Shown piece by piece: positions 10,234 to 20,015 of a stretch of 64,000 nt of DNA (its first letter is position 1; each line of letters starts with the position of its first letter). The translations under genes were made by a program, and so were the position numbers. The notes below the pieces were generated by a model. It was not told the origin of the DNA, searched no databases, and worked only from the letters and a program-made list of their open reading frames with translations. Source of the stretch: Phycisphaerae bacterium (GTDB lineage: Bacteria > Planctomycetota > Phycisphaerae > UBA1845); NCBI GenBank assembly GCA_963666835.2, contig CAXXGO010000006.1, positions 320,001-384,000 on the forward strand. The letters run 5' to 3'.

Positions 10234-10566
10234 AGTAGCCGGCCCTCTTCTGCATCGGGCAGCCAAGACGCTACGACGGCGAAATAGATCGGTCAACGAC
10301 GCGGCCGGTCCGGAGCTTCTCGGACGTCAATTGGCGAGGCCGGCCCGCGCGAAGTTGCCGCACGCATCGTCGATATCAGTACTGGTAGAGCGGGCTTGAG
10401 GGCTCGTTGAGCGGGCCGAATCGAGGCGGTAGAATGCCGGGTGGAAGTTGGATTGGTGGATCACGCCGGGGGGAATCGCCGCGGGTTCGGATACCCCGGT
10501 CAGCGAACGAGCCGTTTCGGCGCGGCCCGGAAGGCCGAGCGCTGCGTCGCACGTGGGTTTCCGCGC

Positions 10567-10588
10567 GTGCCACTGCTCTTGAGCAGTG
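10567..10588 (+). repeat. REP family A
   Basis: gtgccactgctcttgagcagtg. Confidence 0.85.
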
Positions 10589-10687
10589 CCCTTACGTGTG
10601 ACAAAGCACTGGCGGTGCCGGCGGAAACGTGGCTGCTTTTCTGCCTCGCCTCGTTAGCACGATTGGAGATCCCGGGGCATAGGATTG

Positions 10688-11590
10688 ATGAAGAAGCTGT
10701 TCATCGTCGGTTGTGGTCGGTCGGGAACGACCATGTTCCAGCAAGCCCTCAACCGGCATTCGCAGATCGTCATTCCGCCCGAGACCGGGTTCTTTATCGA
10801 CTTCCTCGGGCACACTCGGGCCGGGCAGCGCCAGCATGTCAGGCGGATCAACGCCGCTTTGGAGATCGACCTTCCGAGCCCTGCTCACCGAATCCGGCGC
10901 CGCGAAGACGTCGTTGACTTCTACGAGACAATGGCGCGTTTGTACGTTGAGCGACTGGGCCGTAGCGACGTTGCGTATTTCGGCGAGAAGTCACCCCGGC
11001 ACCTGCTGCATCTTCCGCGCATCCATCGCTATTTTCCGCAGGCCAAGATCCTGCTGATCTTCCGCGACGGACGCGACGTGGCGTCGAGCCTGAGCAGTGT
11101 GCCGTGGGGACCATCCAATCTGTATGTCAACTTTGCCGTTTGGCTGCGGTTCTACCGGTGGCAACGTTGGGCGATGGCGTGTCCCACCATGGACCTGCAA
11201 TGCGTCAAGTACGAGGATTTCGTGCGGGCGCCCGAGCAGGAGTTACGCCGGATAGCGGAGTTCCTTGACTTGAAATACGAGCCCGAAATGGCCACCGGCT
11301 CCGGCAATCGCGCGGGGATAACCGAGCGCGAGCGGGAATGGAAGGACCGCGCCGTTGGGAAGATCAACGTGTCGCGAGTCGAGTTGTGGCGGACCCAGTT
11401 GACCCCAGAGCAGCTCGGCAATCTCGAACGCTGGGGTGGCGAGGCGCTGACCGAGCTGGGTTATGAACTGTCCACCGAACGGCCGGGGCGCCTCCCGCTG
11501 ACGTTCTTCCCGCGGCTGTTCGCAAAGCACACGGCCTGGCGGGGTCGCTGCGCCTGGCGTTTGGTTGTGAAGGAGTTCCTCGGCCGGTAG
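10688..11590 (+). CDS. Sulfotransferase family protein
   Basis: GCGRSGTT (5'-PSB), GEKSP, RDGRDVASS (3'-PB), KYED. Confidence 0.9.
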   Translation: MKKLFIVGCGRSGTTMFQQALNRHSQIVIPPETGFFIDFLGHTRAGQRQHVRRINAALEIDLPSPAHRIRRREDVVDFYETMARLYVERLGRSDVAYFGEKSPRHLLHLPRIHRYFPQAKILLIFRDGRDVASSLSSVPWGPSNLYVNFAVWLRFYRWQRWAMACPTMDLQCVKYEDFVRAPEQELRRIAEFLDLKYEPEMATGSGNRAGITEREREWKDRAVGKINVSRVELWRTQLTPEQLGNLERWGGEALTELGYELSTERPGRLPLTFFPRLFAKHTAWRGRCAWRLVVKEFLGR

Positions 11591-11885
11591 GCGTGGCCAA
11601 GCACCTCTGTCCAGTACCTACCACGGTTTCCGGACAACGTGCCGGATGACATGATTCGACCCTGTGCGTAGCCGCCCGCCGAATTACTGTCTCTGCAGCA
11701 TTGTCAGGCTGGCAATTGCCCGGAATGTGTAACCGGGTGGGCTGATCGGAGTTACCCAAAGGGTCGGATTCAGGTATAGTCCGGTGATCGTAGCTTCGTG
11801 GTGAGGAACCGGCGGGGGACGTGGGCGGCGTGGCGCGGCGCCGAGCCGGGTAAAACGGCGTGCCCCCGTAATCAAGGAGATGGTC

Positions 11886-12290
11886 ATGAGTGACCAAGGA
11901 TCGGACGGCGGCCTGCATATTGACTCAGATTGGAAGACCGAAGCGGCTCGCGAGAAGGAGAAGTTGGCCGAGGCCGAAGCAAAAACGGCGTCCTCCTCCG
12001 CCGGCGCACCCGGGGTCGCGGGCTTTCCCGATCTCGTGAACATGCTGGCGATGCAAGCGGCGATCGCGCTGGGCGGTTATCAGGGCCCGGGCGGGGAACG
12101 AATCCCACCCAACCCCGCGGCGGCCAAGCATCAGATCGACCTTCTGGACGTTCTGGAGCAGAAGACCAAGGGCAATCTCAGCGAGGAAGAGAAACGAGTC
12201 TTGGACACGGTCTTGTATGAGCTACGCATGCAGTATGTACAGATGGCCAGCGGCGGCGGCTCGGGGCCTCCCGGGCCTGCGGGGGCGTAA
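11886..12290 (+). CDS. DUF1844 family protein
   Basis: LHIDSDWK, AKHQIDLLDVLEQKTKGNL, LYELRMQYV; AAGGAG RBS. Confidence 0.85.
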   Translation: MSDQGSDGGLHIDSDWKTEAAREKEKLAEAEAKTASSSAGAPGVAGFPDLVNMLAMQAAIALGGYQGPGGERIPPNPAAAKHQIDLLDVLEQKTKGNLSEEEKRVLDTVLYELRMQYVQMASGGGSGPPGPAGA

Positions 12291-12400
12291 CGTATTACCG
12301 ACACGGTGAACTTTGTGGCGAGATTAGCCCCGGCCGAGGGTGTTAACCACCGGGTCGGTGATGTCGGGCGGGGTCTTGGAACACCGGTTTTGTTGACAGC

Positions 12401-13606
12401 ATGATCATCCCGATTCGCACGCAATCCGAAGTCCGCCGGCCTCCGCTTGCCAATTATCTACTAATCGGGGCCAACATGCTCCTGTTTCTGCTGCTCGACG
12501 AGAAGCTCTTTGGCGATGCGGTGGGGGTAATCAAGAACCGGTATCTGGTTTTCGACGCTTCTGAGCCGGCGTTCTATCAGTTCTTCACGTACCAGTTCCT
12601 GCACGCGGACGTCTGGCATCTGTTCGGGAACCTGCTCTTTCTGTGGGTGTTCGGCAACAGCGTCAACAGCAAGATGGGGGACGTTCCTTACCTGCTGTTC
12701 TACCTGGCCGGCGGGGTGTTTGCGGCTTGGGGATGGGCGGCGATGACCGCCGGGGCTCCGACTCTGTTGGGGGCTTCGGGAGCGATCGCCACAGTAACGA
12801 CTGCATACCTTGCCTTGTTCCCGCGAGCCCGCGTAACGGTGATGGTCTGGGTGTTCTTCATCTACTTCTTCGACCTTTCCGCGATGCTCGTCATCGGTCT
12901 GAAGATCATCGTTTGGGACAATATCATTGCCCCCAGCTTCGGTCCGGCGGGAAACGTGGCCCACTCGGCGCATCTGGCCGGGTACTTGTTCGGTTTCGCC
13001 GGGGCGCTCGGCATGCTCCTGGTCCGCGCGATTCCGCGGGACCAGTTCGACATCCTGGCGCTGTGGCGCCGCTGGCGTTTGCGGCGGGAGTTCGCTTCGG
13101 CCATGGCTAAGCCCGGGGCGGCGGAACAGGCTCGATACGGACGAGTGGCGCGGGCTGCGTCGAATGATCCGCGGCAACGCGCGGAGGAGGATCGGCTGAT
13201 CGACGCGGTGGCCGCGCTACGTGATGACATTGCCGAAGCCGTAACCGCGCGGGACCTCACGGCGGCGGCGGATGCGTATGAGAAGTTGATGGCGGTCGAC
13301 CCCAAGCAGTGTCTATCCGAGCGGCAGCAGTTGGAGATTGCTCAGGAGTTCTATCGCAACGCCCGGTTCGCTCCGGCGGTAGCCACTTTCCGTCGATATC
13401 TGGAGTCTTATCCGAATACCCGAGAAGCGAACGATGTCCGGCTCTTGGTGGGGATCATCTACGCCCGAGATCTGCGACAATACGAACAAGCTGACGAGTG
13501 TCTGACACAAACTATGGAAAAGTTGCACGATGACGACCGGCGGGCGCAGTGCCGTAAGTGGCTGGCGGAGGTACGCGGGGCGCTGGGGCGGCCGGTCCCG
13601 GAGTAG
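12401..13606 (+). CDS. Rhomboid family intramembrane serine protease with C-terminal TPR-like region
   Basis: FLHAD.WHLFGN, GASGA, AHLAG; helical C-terminal region. Confidence 0.88.
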   Translation: MIIPIRTQSEVRRPPLANYLLIGANMLLFLLLDEKLFGDAVGVIKNRYLVFDASEPAFYQFFTYQFLHADVWHLFGNLLFLWVFGNSVNSKMGDVPYLLFYLAGGVFAAWGWAAMTAGAPTLLGASGAIATVTTAYLALFPRARVTVMVWVFFIYFFDLSAMLVIGLKIIVWDNIIAPSFGPAGNVAHSAHLAGYLFGFAGALGMLLVRAIPRDQFDILALWRRWRLRREFASAMAKPGAAEQARYGRVARAASNDPRQRAEEDRLIDAVAALRDDIAEAVTARDLTAAADAYEKLMAVDPKQCLSERQQLEIAQEFYRNARFAPAVATFRRYLESYPNTREANDVRLLVGIIYARDLRQYEQADECLTQTMEKLHDDDRRAQCRKWLAEVRGALGRPVPE

Positions 13607-13625
13607 CAGGAATCTGGAATCAGGG

Positions 13626-14501
13626 ATGAACGAACTAGCTTACGTTAACGGTACATTCTGCCCGATCGCCGAAGCGACCGTCTCCATTGAGGATCGCGGC
13701 TTTCAATTCGGCGACGGGATCTACGAGGTAATCGTCGCGTACGGCGGCCGGTTGTTCTTGCTCGAGCCGCACATGCGGCGGCTCAGACGCAGTGCGGCTG
13801 CGATTGAACTCGACTACGATTTCGACGCCGCCCCGCTCGAACCGATCATCGCGGAGGGCTTGCGGCGTAGCGGGTATGACGATGCTTTGATCTACCTCCA
13901 GATGACCCGCGGCTCGGGATCGCGGAATCATGTCATTCCCGACGGGCTGGAAGTGACCGTGGTTATGACCTTCAAACCCCTGCCGATCCCGAATGAGGGG
14001 CTGCGGAAGCGCGGCGCCCGGGTGATGACCGTCGTGGATACCCGCTGGGCCAAGTGCTACGTGAAGGCGATCACTCTGCTGCCGAACACGTTGGCTAAGA
14101 ACCGGGCTCTGCGAAACGGGTATGACGACGCGATATTCGTTACGACCGATGGCGAGGTTCGCGAGTGTACGGCCGCCAACCTCTCGATCGTACACGACGG
14201 GCGGATTCTCATCCCTCCGCGCACCGAGGCCATTCTGCACGGCATTACCCAGGGGTTCATCATCGAGTGCGCCGCAGCGCTGGGGCATGACGTGACCGAG
14301 CAGGCCTTCAACATCCAGACATTGCACGAAGCGGAAGAGGTCTTTCTATCCGGGGCAACGGTTGGAGTGCTGGGGATCACGGCCATCGACGACCGACCGG
14401 TCGGAGACGGCAACGTCGGCCCAATCACTAGACGCCTGAGTGACGAGTACGACCGCCGGGCCCGCTGCACGGCGTCAGACCTCGAAACCGCCGGCAAATG
14501 A
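13626..14501 (+). CDS. Class IV aminotransferase (D-amino-acid aminotransferase-like)
   Basis: EDRGFQFGDGIYEV, KAITLLPN, ILHGIT, VGPITRRL. Confidence 0.9.
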   Translation: MNELAYVNGTFCPIAEATVSIEDRGFQFGDGIYEVIVAYGGRLFLLEPHMRRLRRSAAAIELDYDFDAAPLEPIIAEGLRRSGYDDALIYLQMTRGSGSRNHVIPDGLEVTVVMTFKPLPIPNEGLRKRGARVMTVVDTRWAKCYVKAITLLPNTLAKNRALRNGYDDAIFVTTDGEVRECTAANLSIVHDGRILIPPRTEAILHGITQGFIIECAAALGHDVTEQAFNIQTLHEAEEVFLSGATVGVLGITAIDDRPVGDGNVGPITRRLSDEYDRRARCTASDLETAGK

Positions 14502-14669
14502 CGTTGCGCTACTGTAGTCCGGTCCGTTGGGCGCATCGGTAGGGGGTGATCGCACGTTTCCAGCCGATACAACTTCCAACGTGCCGCGGTTGCGGCTTGG
14601 CGTGTTTGACCTTAAGATAGGACCGTGATGTCCGAATCAACCCTGAACAACTTCCAGAGGAGACTCCCA

Positions 14670-15911
14670 GTGCCGCAAAACGACGAGTGGGCCGAACATC
14701 TTTTTACGTCCGAATCCGTCTCCATGGGCCATCCCGACAAAGTGGCGGATCAGGTGTCCGACGCGATTCTGGACAGCATGATCAAACACGACCCTTATGT
14801 TCGCTCAGCGATCGAGACCCTCGTTACGACAAACTTCGTTCTCGTTGCGGGTGAGGTTACGACACACACTCCGGCGGCGGCCAAGGCGCTTTCCCATGCC
14901 GAGCAGACGATTCGCAACACAATCAAGCGGATCGGTTACAATGACCCACAGGTCAACTTCGACGCCAAATCATGTGAAGTGGTTTCACGCATCCACGCGC
15001 AATCACCGGACATCAGCCAGGGTGTGACCGAGGGGCACGGAAGGCACGCTGAGCAGGGTGCCGGAGACCAGGGCATGATGTTCGGCTTCGCTTGCGATGA
15101 AACGAAGTCGCTTATGCCGCTGCCGATCCAACTGGCGCAGCGGCTGGTCGAACAGCTTTCCAAGGCCCGCCAAGACGGGACGTTGCCCTGGCTGCGACCT
15201 GACGGTAAGTCGCAAGTGACGGTCAAGTATCAGAGCGGCGTTCCGGTGGCGGTGCATACGGTGGTGATCTCGACCCAGCATACTGAAGAAGCGGTCGATC
15301 CGCGCAATAACGACCTGTCCGAGGACGCTACGAAAGAGATAATCAAGCACGTGATCAACCCGGTAATCGAGCGGGAATGCCCCAATCTGATGTCGAACGA
15401 CATCATCACCCACATCAACCCCACGGGCCGATTTGTGGTCGGCGGCCCGGACGGGGATTGCGGGCTGACGGGCAGGAAGATCATCGTTGATACCTACGGC
15501 GGCCGCGGTCGCCACGGCGGCGGCGCCTTTTCCGGTAAGGACCCGAGCAAGGTCGATCGCTCCGCCACGTATATGGCGCGGCACATCGCGAAGAATATTG
15601 TGGCGGCGGGGCTGGCCAAGCAGTGCGAGGTGCAACTGGCTTATGCTATTGGGGTGGCCGAACCGGTCAGTGTTTCGGTCAACAGCTTCGGCACGAGCGA
15701 GCTGTCACCGGGCAACCTCGAAGACATCGTGCGGGCGGTGTTTCCGCTCAAGCCGGCCGAGCTGATCGAGTATCTCGATCTTCGCCGACCGGTCTACTTC
15801 GAAACCGCGCGGCACGGACACTTCGGCCGCGAAGGCGACGGTTTCACCTGGGAGAAGACCGACCGGGTCAACGACGTCCGCACGGCCGCCAACGGCCAAT
15901 TGGCGGTTTGA
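14670..15911 (+). CDS. metK: S-adenosylmethionine synthetase
   Basis: [52 protein letters not shown] start after AGGAG. Confidence 0.98.
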   Translation: MPQNDEWAEHLFTSESVSMGHPDKVADQVSDAILDSMIKHDPYVRSAIETLVTTNFVLVAGEVTTHTPAAAKALSHAEQTIRNTIKRIGYNDPQVNFDAKSCEVVSRIHAQSPDISQGVTEGHGRHAEQGAGDQGMMFGFACDETKSLMPLPIQLAQRLVEQLSKARQDGTLPWLRPDGKSQVTVKYQSGVPVAVHTVVISTQHTEEAVDPRNNDLSEDATKEIIKHVINPVIERECPNLMSNDIITHINPTGRFVVGGPDGDCGLTGRKIIVDTYGGRGRHGGGAFSGKDPSKVDRSATYMARHIAKNIVAAGLAKQCEVQLAYAIGVAEPVSVSVNSFGTSELSPGNLEDIVRAVFPLKPAELIEYLDLRRPVYFETARHGHFGREGDGFTWEKTDRVNDVRTAANGQLAV

Positions 15912-16091
15912 TCCCCGGGAAAGAGGGGGTTGACCGGGACGAGTCTCTCTTCTGACTCTTCCAGCCCGAAGGGCTTAGATGAAGACGGGGGCAAGTCCGC
16001 CATCGGCGGACGCCGCCCCCGGACCCGTTCTCCCCCGTACCTGACCCCGGTAGGTCAAACAGCCCCGGCAAACGCGCTTTGCCATTGATTT

Positions 16092-16207
16092 CTGACGCAT
16101 TCTCAAAGCGGCCGAGCAGCCGAAACAGACGCTCGGTTCATCGACGCCGTCTCTTTCACCCTGTCAGGGTGATTGGGATTGTTGGGACCCCATCCGGGGG
16201 CGGCGGC
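16092..16207. repeat. Dispersed ~115-bp intergenic repeat, second copy at 37166-37279
   Basis: Shared CTGACGCATTC...GCCGTCTCTTTCACCCT(GT)CAGGGTGATTGGGATTGT...GGGGGCGGCGGC. Confidence 0.75.
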
Positions 16208-16230
16208 AGAAGGGGCCGTGCGTAGACTGT

Positions 16231-16317
16231 CCATGCGTGGGCTTGATCGAACAGGTTCTGAACCGGGATAGAGCAAGCCGGGACGGGCGTTGACGCCGAG
16301 ATTGCGTGGTCGTATGA
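16231..16317 (+). repeat. 87-bp imperfect direct repeat, copy 1 (degenerate RAYT-like 3' end)
   Basis: 69/87 ungapped identity (hand count) to 17157-17243. Confidence 0.8.
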
Positions 16318-16461
16318 TAAAATCTCGCGCGAATGAGACCTCGGACTTGTTTTTTGCGCGTTTCTGGGTGCCACGCTATGAGGGCGTAGAGCACTCGGAC
16401 GAATGAGACCACCTTTCGCGAGCAAGTAATCGCCGAGTCGTTTGAACACGGAGAGTCCGAC

Positions 16462-17046
16462 ATGAAGTACTGGTCAATCGCCCTGCTGCTGTCGGCGACC
16501 GGAGGATGCGGTGCAGGAAACGTCGCAAACATGCTTAGTGCTGATGGAGTATACACCGGCACGAATGAGTGTTCGTATCTCGGTTGGTACGGGCCTGATT
16601 TGACTACTTTCGATGATTATGAATCGGAGATTAGCAGAGTATTCTCCGGCGGAACAGGCATTCCCATACGTGGTGGCATTCAAATATACGTGGGAGAGGT
16701 ACGGGAATGGGATTATGAATGGGGTACAGAGAGCTGTGAGACAACGGAAATCATAGTTGGCGATGACGTCGTGACATTGACTGACAAATGTCGAGTCGTC
16801 GTTAATGGGGATAATACGTGCGAAACCGCGAATGATGGACATTGTGACGAGCCATATGGATGCACGTGGTTGACCGATTTTGCGGACTGTGGCGCGTTTC
16901 TGTGGGATGATGACGTGGTAACGACTTACTCTTTCTCAGGTGATGGTACTATCTCACGTACTGAGACGAGACATGGTGTGGGCGTGGACAGCCCCGCATA
17001 CTCGAATTCAACGAAATGCAGTGCCGTGTTGCTGAGGCAGCCATGA
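16462..17046 (+). CDS. Hypothetical lipoprotein with Cys-rich motif
   Basis: GGAG RBS, signal peptide with ATGG-C lipobox, CETANDGHCDEPYGC...DC; visibly lower GC than its flanks. Confidence 0.8.
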   Translation: MKYWSIALLLSATGGCGAGNVANMLSADGVYTGTNECSYLGWYGPDLTTFDDYESEISRVFSGGTGIPIRGGIQIYVGEVREWDYEWGTESCETTEIIVGDDVVTLTDKCRVVVNGDNTCETANDGHCDEPYGCTWLTDFADCGAFLWDDDVVTTYSFSGDGTISRTETRHGVGVDSPAYSNSTKCSAVLLRQP

Positions 17047-17156
17047 CGATAGTGCAAAGCTGTCGGGGCTCTTCGAAGAAGAACAGGTCGGGAGCAATCC
17101 TGGTTTAGCCTGTCGCTCGCGATAGTGTGAGCTCACGTTGCGAATGCGTCGAACGG

Positions 17157-17243
17157 CCATGCGTGGGGTTGATCAAGCTGGTTCTGAACCGGGATAGGGC
17201 GAATCGGGACCGCCTTCGACTTTGAGATTGCGTTGCCGTACGA
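17157..17243 (+). repeat. 87-bp imperfect direct repeat, copy 2, followed by AAAAAGACTCCCGACCCC
   Basis: See copy 1; the same AAAAAGACTCCCGACCCC motif recurs at ~21136-21153. Confidence 0.8.
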
Positions 17244-17279
17244 CGGACCCTTGTGCGAAAAAGACTCCCGACCCCGTCT

Positions 17280-18410
17280 TCAACACGGCGCGGTCAGCAT
17301 AACGCCCGGCAGGATTACGTCGAGGAAGCCGTCGGTCTGCTTGGCCGGTTTGAACTCGACGCTCACGCTGTCGAGGCCGGCGCCGATGATCTCGATCAGG
17401 TCTTGTTGAATCTGCCCGATCCCCTGGTTGTAGGCCTTGTTGAGATGCGCGATCTCGGCGACATCGCAACCGATGATCCGCGCGGCCGTGGCATCGGCGG
17501 CGGCAAGATCGGTGCTGGCTAAGACCAGCCAATCCCCGAGGCGGTCCCGCATATCCACCGTGTCACCCCACCAGCCGGGAAATACGTGCGGCCCGTTGCC
17601 CTCGCAGCAGATGGACGCGTCGATCACAGTCAGGTCCGGTTCCACTGCGGCCACAATGTCGAGAAAGCACTGTTCAATGCCCCCCGGCGAGTTGTGGAGG
17701 TCGGAACGGAACTGCATGCCGCCGTATTGATTGACCGAAGTGACTCCCACGAAGTTCTTCAGCGACCCGGTCATTTGCGTCCAGCGATGGGTCTTGATCA
17801 CCGGAATCGAAATCACGCGGTCGGCGCGGGTCAGGTGGCTGGAGACCTTGATCGTGTCGAGCCCGGTGTACGGAGAGGGCACCGCAACCCAGGAGGGTGA
17901 CTCGCCGGTCAGGCACGAGAGTGTCACCTTGCCGGCATAAGAAGCGTTAAGCCGCTCGACCTCGGCCGTCATAGTCGCCGACGAAGCCAGCGTCGTCAGG
18001 TCATCCCAGGAGAACTTGGGTACTTGTGCTCCTTCTCCGATAATGACCTCCGCCGCTCGCACCTGCAGGCACCTTTCCGCCACGGCGATGACGATGTCGG
18101 GCTTGGTCGAGTCGCCCGCGCGAACGGTGTCGTGGCAGACCATGCCAACGCCGCCGAAGTTCGGCTTGATAAACACCGTCTCGCCCTCGTGAACGACCGA
18201 TTCGATCCCGCCGATCGCATCCAACGCCTCGCAGACCATCGTCCCGAGATTTTGGCCGCGGATAATGGCTACTTCAGCTGGGTTCAAATACGGTGTTTCC
18301 GGCACAACGGGCGCGGCCGCGCGAAAGGCGCCGCACCCGGTCAACAGTTGACCGCCACCGACGGCGTAACCAAGGCGCACGCCATGCTTCAAGAAACCCC
18401 GCCGCGTCAT
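17280..18410 (-). CDS. DUF362 family protein with Tat/lipoprotein signal
   Basis: MTRRGFLK, VFIKPN, ISIPVIKTH, GSLKNFVG, EGNGP, D.AAADATAARIIG. Confidence 0.85.
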   Translation of the reverse strand: MTRRGFLKHGVRLGYAVGGGQLLTGCGAFRAAAPVVPETPYLNPAEVAIIRGQNLGTMVCEALDAIGGIESVVHEGETVFIKPNFGGVGMVCHDTVRAGDSTKPDIVIAVAERCLQVRAAEVIIGEGAQVPKFSWDDLTTLASSATMTAEVERLNASYAGKVTLSCLTGESPSWVAVPSPYTGLDTIKVSSHLTRADRVISIPVIKTHRWTQMTGSLKNFVGVTSVNQYGGMQFRSDLHNSPGGIEQCFLDIVAAVEPDLTVIDASICCEGNGPHVFPGWWGDTVDMRDRLGDWLVLASTDLAAADATAARIIGCDVAEIAHLNKAYNQGIGQIQQDLIEIIGAGLDSVSVEFKPAKQTDGFLDVILPGVMLTAPC

Positions 18411-18428
18411 TTTATTGGGGACAGCCAC

Positions 18429-18701
18429 CTATTTCCTCGCCTCCCGCTCGTCTGTTTCACATCTTCCATTGCAGCGCCTGGCCGCAGAGGACCGACGTCG
18501 CGTCAGTCCGACTTCTTGCTTCAGGATACCAGGTCGCGCGGCCCTGCCTAGACCGGCACGTCGCAGTGCCCAAGCCTGCTCCAATATGCGTCCCATCGCC
18601 CCGCACTCAGCCCTCCTATCTAACGACGGTCCCCGCCGGACTGCCCGATTCACAACCTGATACATGTCCTCTCCCATTGCCGTTCGAAGTCGCCGGGGCG
18701 T
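18429..18701 (-). pseudogene. Internally deleted RAYT remnant (N-terminus fused to C-terminus)
   Basis: (T)PRRLRTAMGEDMYQVVNRAVRR...GRILEQA matches RAYT N-termini (MPR..R...YHV.NR); start codon is ACG; HUH core absent; ends at GAAATAGGTGGCTGTCCCC. Confidence 0.6.
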
Positions 18702-18806
18702 GTCGGAAGCCCGCCATAACCTGCAACTCTGCCGGAGAAGACCCTCCCCGTTAATCTGTTTGGGGCGGGCTGAAGTTCAGGAATCGGATGATTGTCAAGA
18801 AACTGC

Positions 18807-18834
18807 TTGACAAGGCCGATTAGTCGTGTAGATT
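18807..18834 (+). promoter_or_regulatory. Sigma70-type promoter
   Basis: TTGACA (18807-18812), 16-nt spacer, TAGATT (18829-18834). Confidence 0.6.
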
Positions 18835-18880
18835 GTTAGATGAGTGGTGGAGATTACGTTCACTCACGAGAGGTAGGGTA

Positions 18881-18970
18881 ATGATGGGACTTGGTAGCAG
18901 ATTCTACACTGCGGCACTTGACGCGGAAGCCGATACGGCAACGCGCGCAGGGAGGTGGCCCACAGGGTAA
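18881..18970 (+). CDS. Putative attenuator leader peptide MMGLGSRFYTAALDAEADTATRAGRWPTG (29 aa)
   Basis: GAGAGG upstream; its last codons are complementary to the 5' arm of the downstream terminator. Confidence 0.55.
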   Translation: MMGLGSRFYTAALDAEADTATRAGRWPTG

Positions 18971-18995
18971 CGCTAAGTCCTAAGATGGATAGCTC

Positions 18996-19033
18996 AGCCC
19001 TGCGGCCACCGACGGTTGCAGGGCTTTTTGTTT
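18996..19033 (+). terminator. Intrinsic terminator/attenuator hairpin
   Basis: AGCCCTGCGGCC-loop-GGTTGCAGGGCT followed by TTTTGTTT. Confidence 0.85.
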
Positions 19034-19241
19034 GCGCGATTCTCTGCTTTCGTTCTTCTTGGCCGTATGGCCCGGTGACTTGGCTCCTGGACTTGCTTTG
19101 GGCGACGGGTGAGCCCAGTGGAGACGGTGCGCACACACAGCCATGGCGGCAATCGCACGGGTCACCGCGAAGTGGGCCGAGCCAATCATTGGAGTCGTAT
19201 TGACCGGTAGCCAGTTTGGCCGAACCGCGTAGAAGACCATT

Positions 19242-19314
19242 GGGAGCGTAGCTCAATTGGGAGAGCACCTGCCCCGCAAGCAGGAAGTTGAGGGTTCGAG
19301 TCCCTCCGCCTCCA
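19242..19314 (+). tRNA. tRNA-Ala(CGC), atypical
   Basis: Cloverleaf with G3:U70 and A73; anticodon loop CC-CGC-AA (C33); A4:C69 mismatch; no encoded CCA. Confidence 0.75.
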
Positions 19315-19548
19315 TTATGGACGCCCAACGGCACGATTGTGGTTGAGCAGATGGTGACGAGAGCGCAAAGGCCGCCCATCTTCTTGCCCGGGCTCGCCCC
19401 GGGGCGAATGGACGTGGCCAATGTGCTGAGGCTGGCCAAGACCCCGCGGCGTGGCCGAGGCAGCGAAGAACGAAGGCGTAGTAACGGATCAACTGAACTG
19501 AGATGACAAGAACACGCGTGGAATCCGACTTGTGGGTTGCGCGCCATA

Positions 19549-19995
19549 ATGAACAACGGGAGGTGCACAACGCACTACAAGGCACATTGTGAAGTCTGCG
19601 GACATGGGTTCAGATTCAGCTTCGTCGACAACCAACTGAATGACTCAGCGTATGCCCACTGTGATTGGTGCGGTCAAACAGCTCTGTTCGACCTCTCCAG
19701 GCTCCCGTCGCACATTAGTCATCTGGAGTACCGAGTTTGCAGGGATCACGAGGAGCACATTGACAATTGCAGTTGCGGAGGCAGATTCCGCCGAGAGGCA
19801 GAGCCAAGGTGCCCAAAATGCGAGAATGTGATCAGCATGGCCGTTTTCGAAGAACTTGTACTGACTCACGTAGGCCCACAGGGAGAGTGGAACCGCGTCG
19901 GCGGGCCGTGGGATTGGCGTCGAGCCGGAGGGCAGTTCTGCATGATAGTTGAAGGGCGTGTCGTGCGTGATATCTGGCGATCCGTAGATCCGTAA
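19549..19995 (+). CDS. Hypothetical multi-CxxC zinc-finger protein
   Basis: CEVC, CDWC, CSCGG, CPKC. Confidence 0.65.
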   Translation: MNNGRCTTHYKAHCEVCGHGFRFSFVDNQLNDSAYAHCDWCGQTALFDLSRLPSHISHLEYRVCRDHEEHIDNCSCGGRFRREAEPRCPKCENVISMAVFEELVLTHVGPQGEWNRVGGPWDWRRAGGQFCMIVEGRVVRDIWRSVDP

Positions 19996-20015
19996 GTGAA
20001 GATACTGGAGAGACT

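Noticed and set aside
14502..14669. SAM riboswitch upstream of metK
   Set aside because: No SAM-I or SAM-II consensus or terminator seen by eye; an Rfam scan would settle it.
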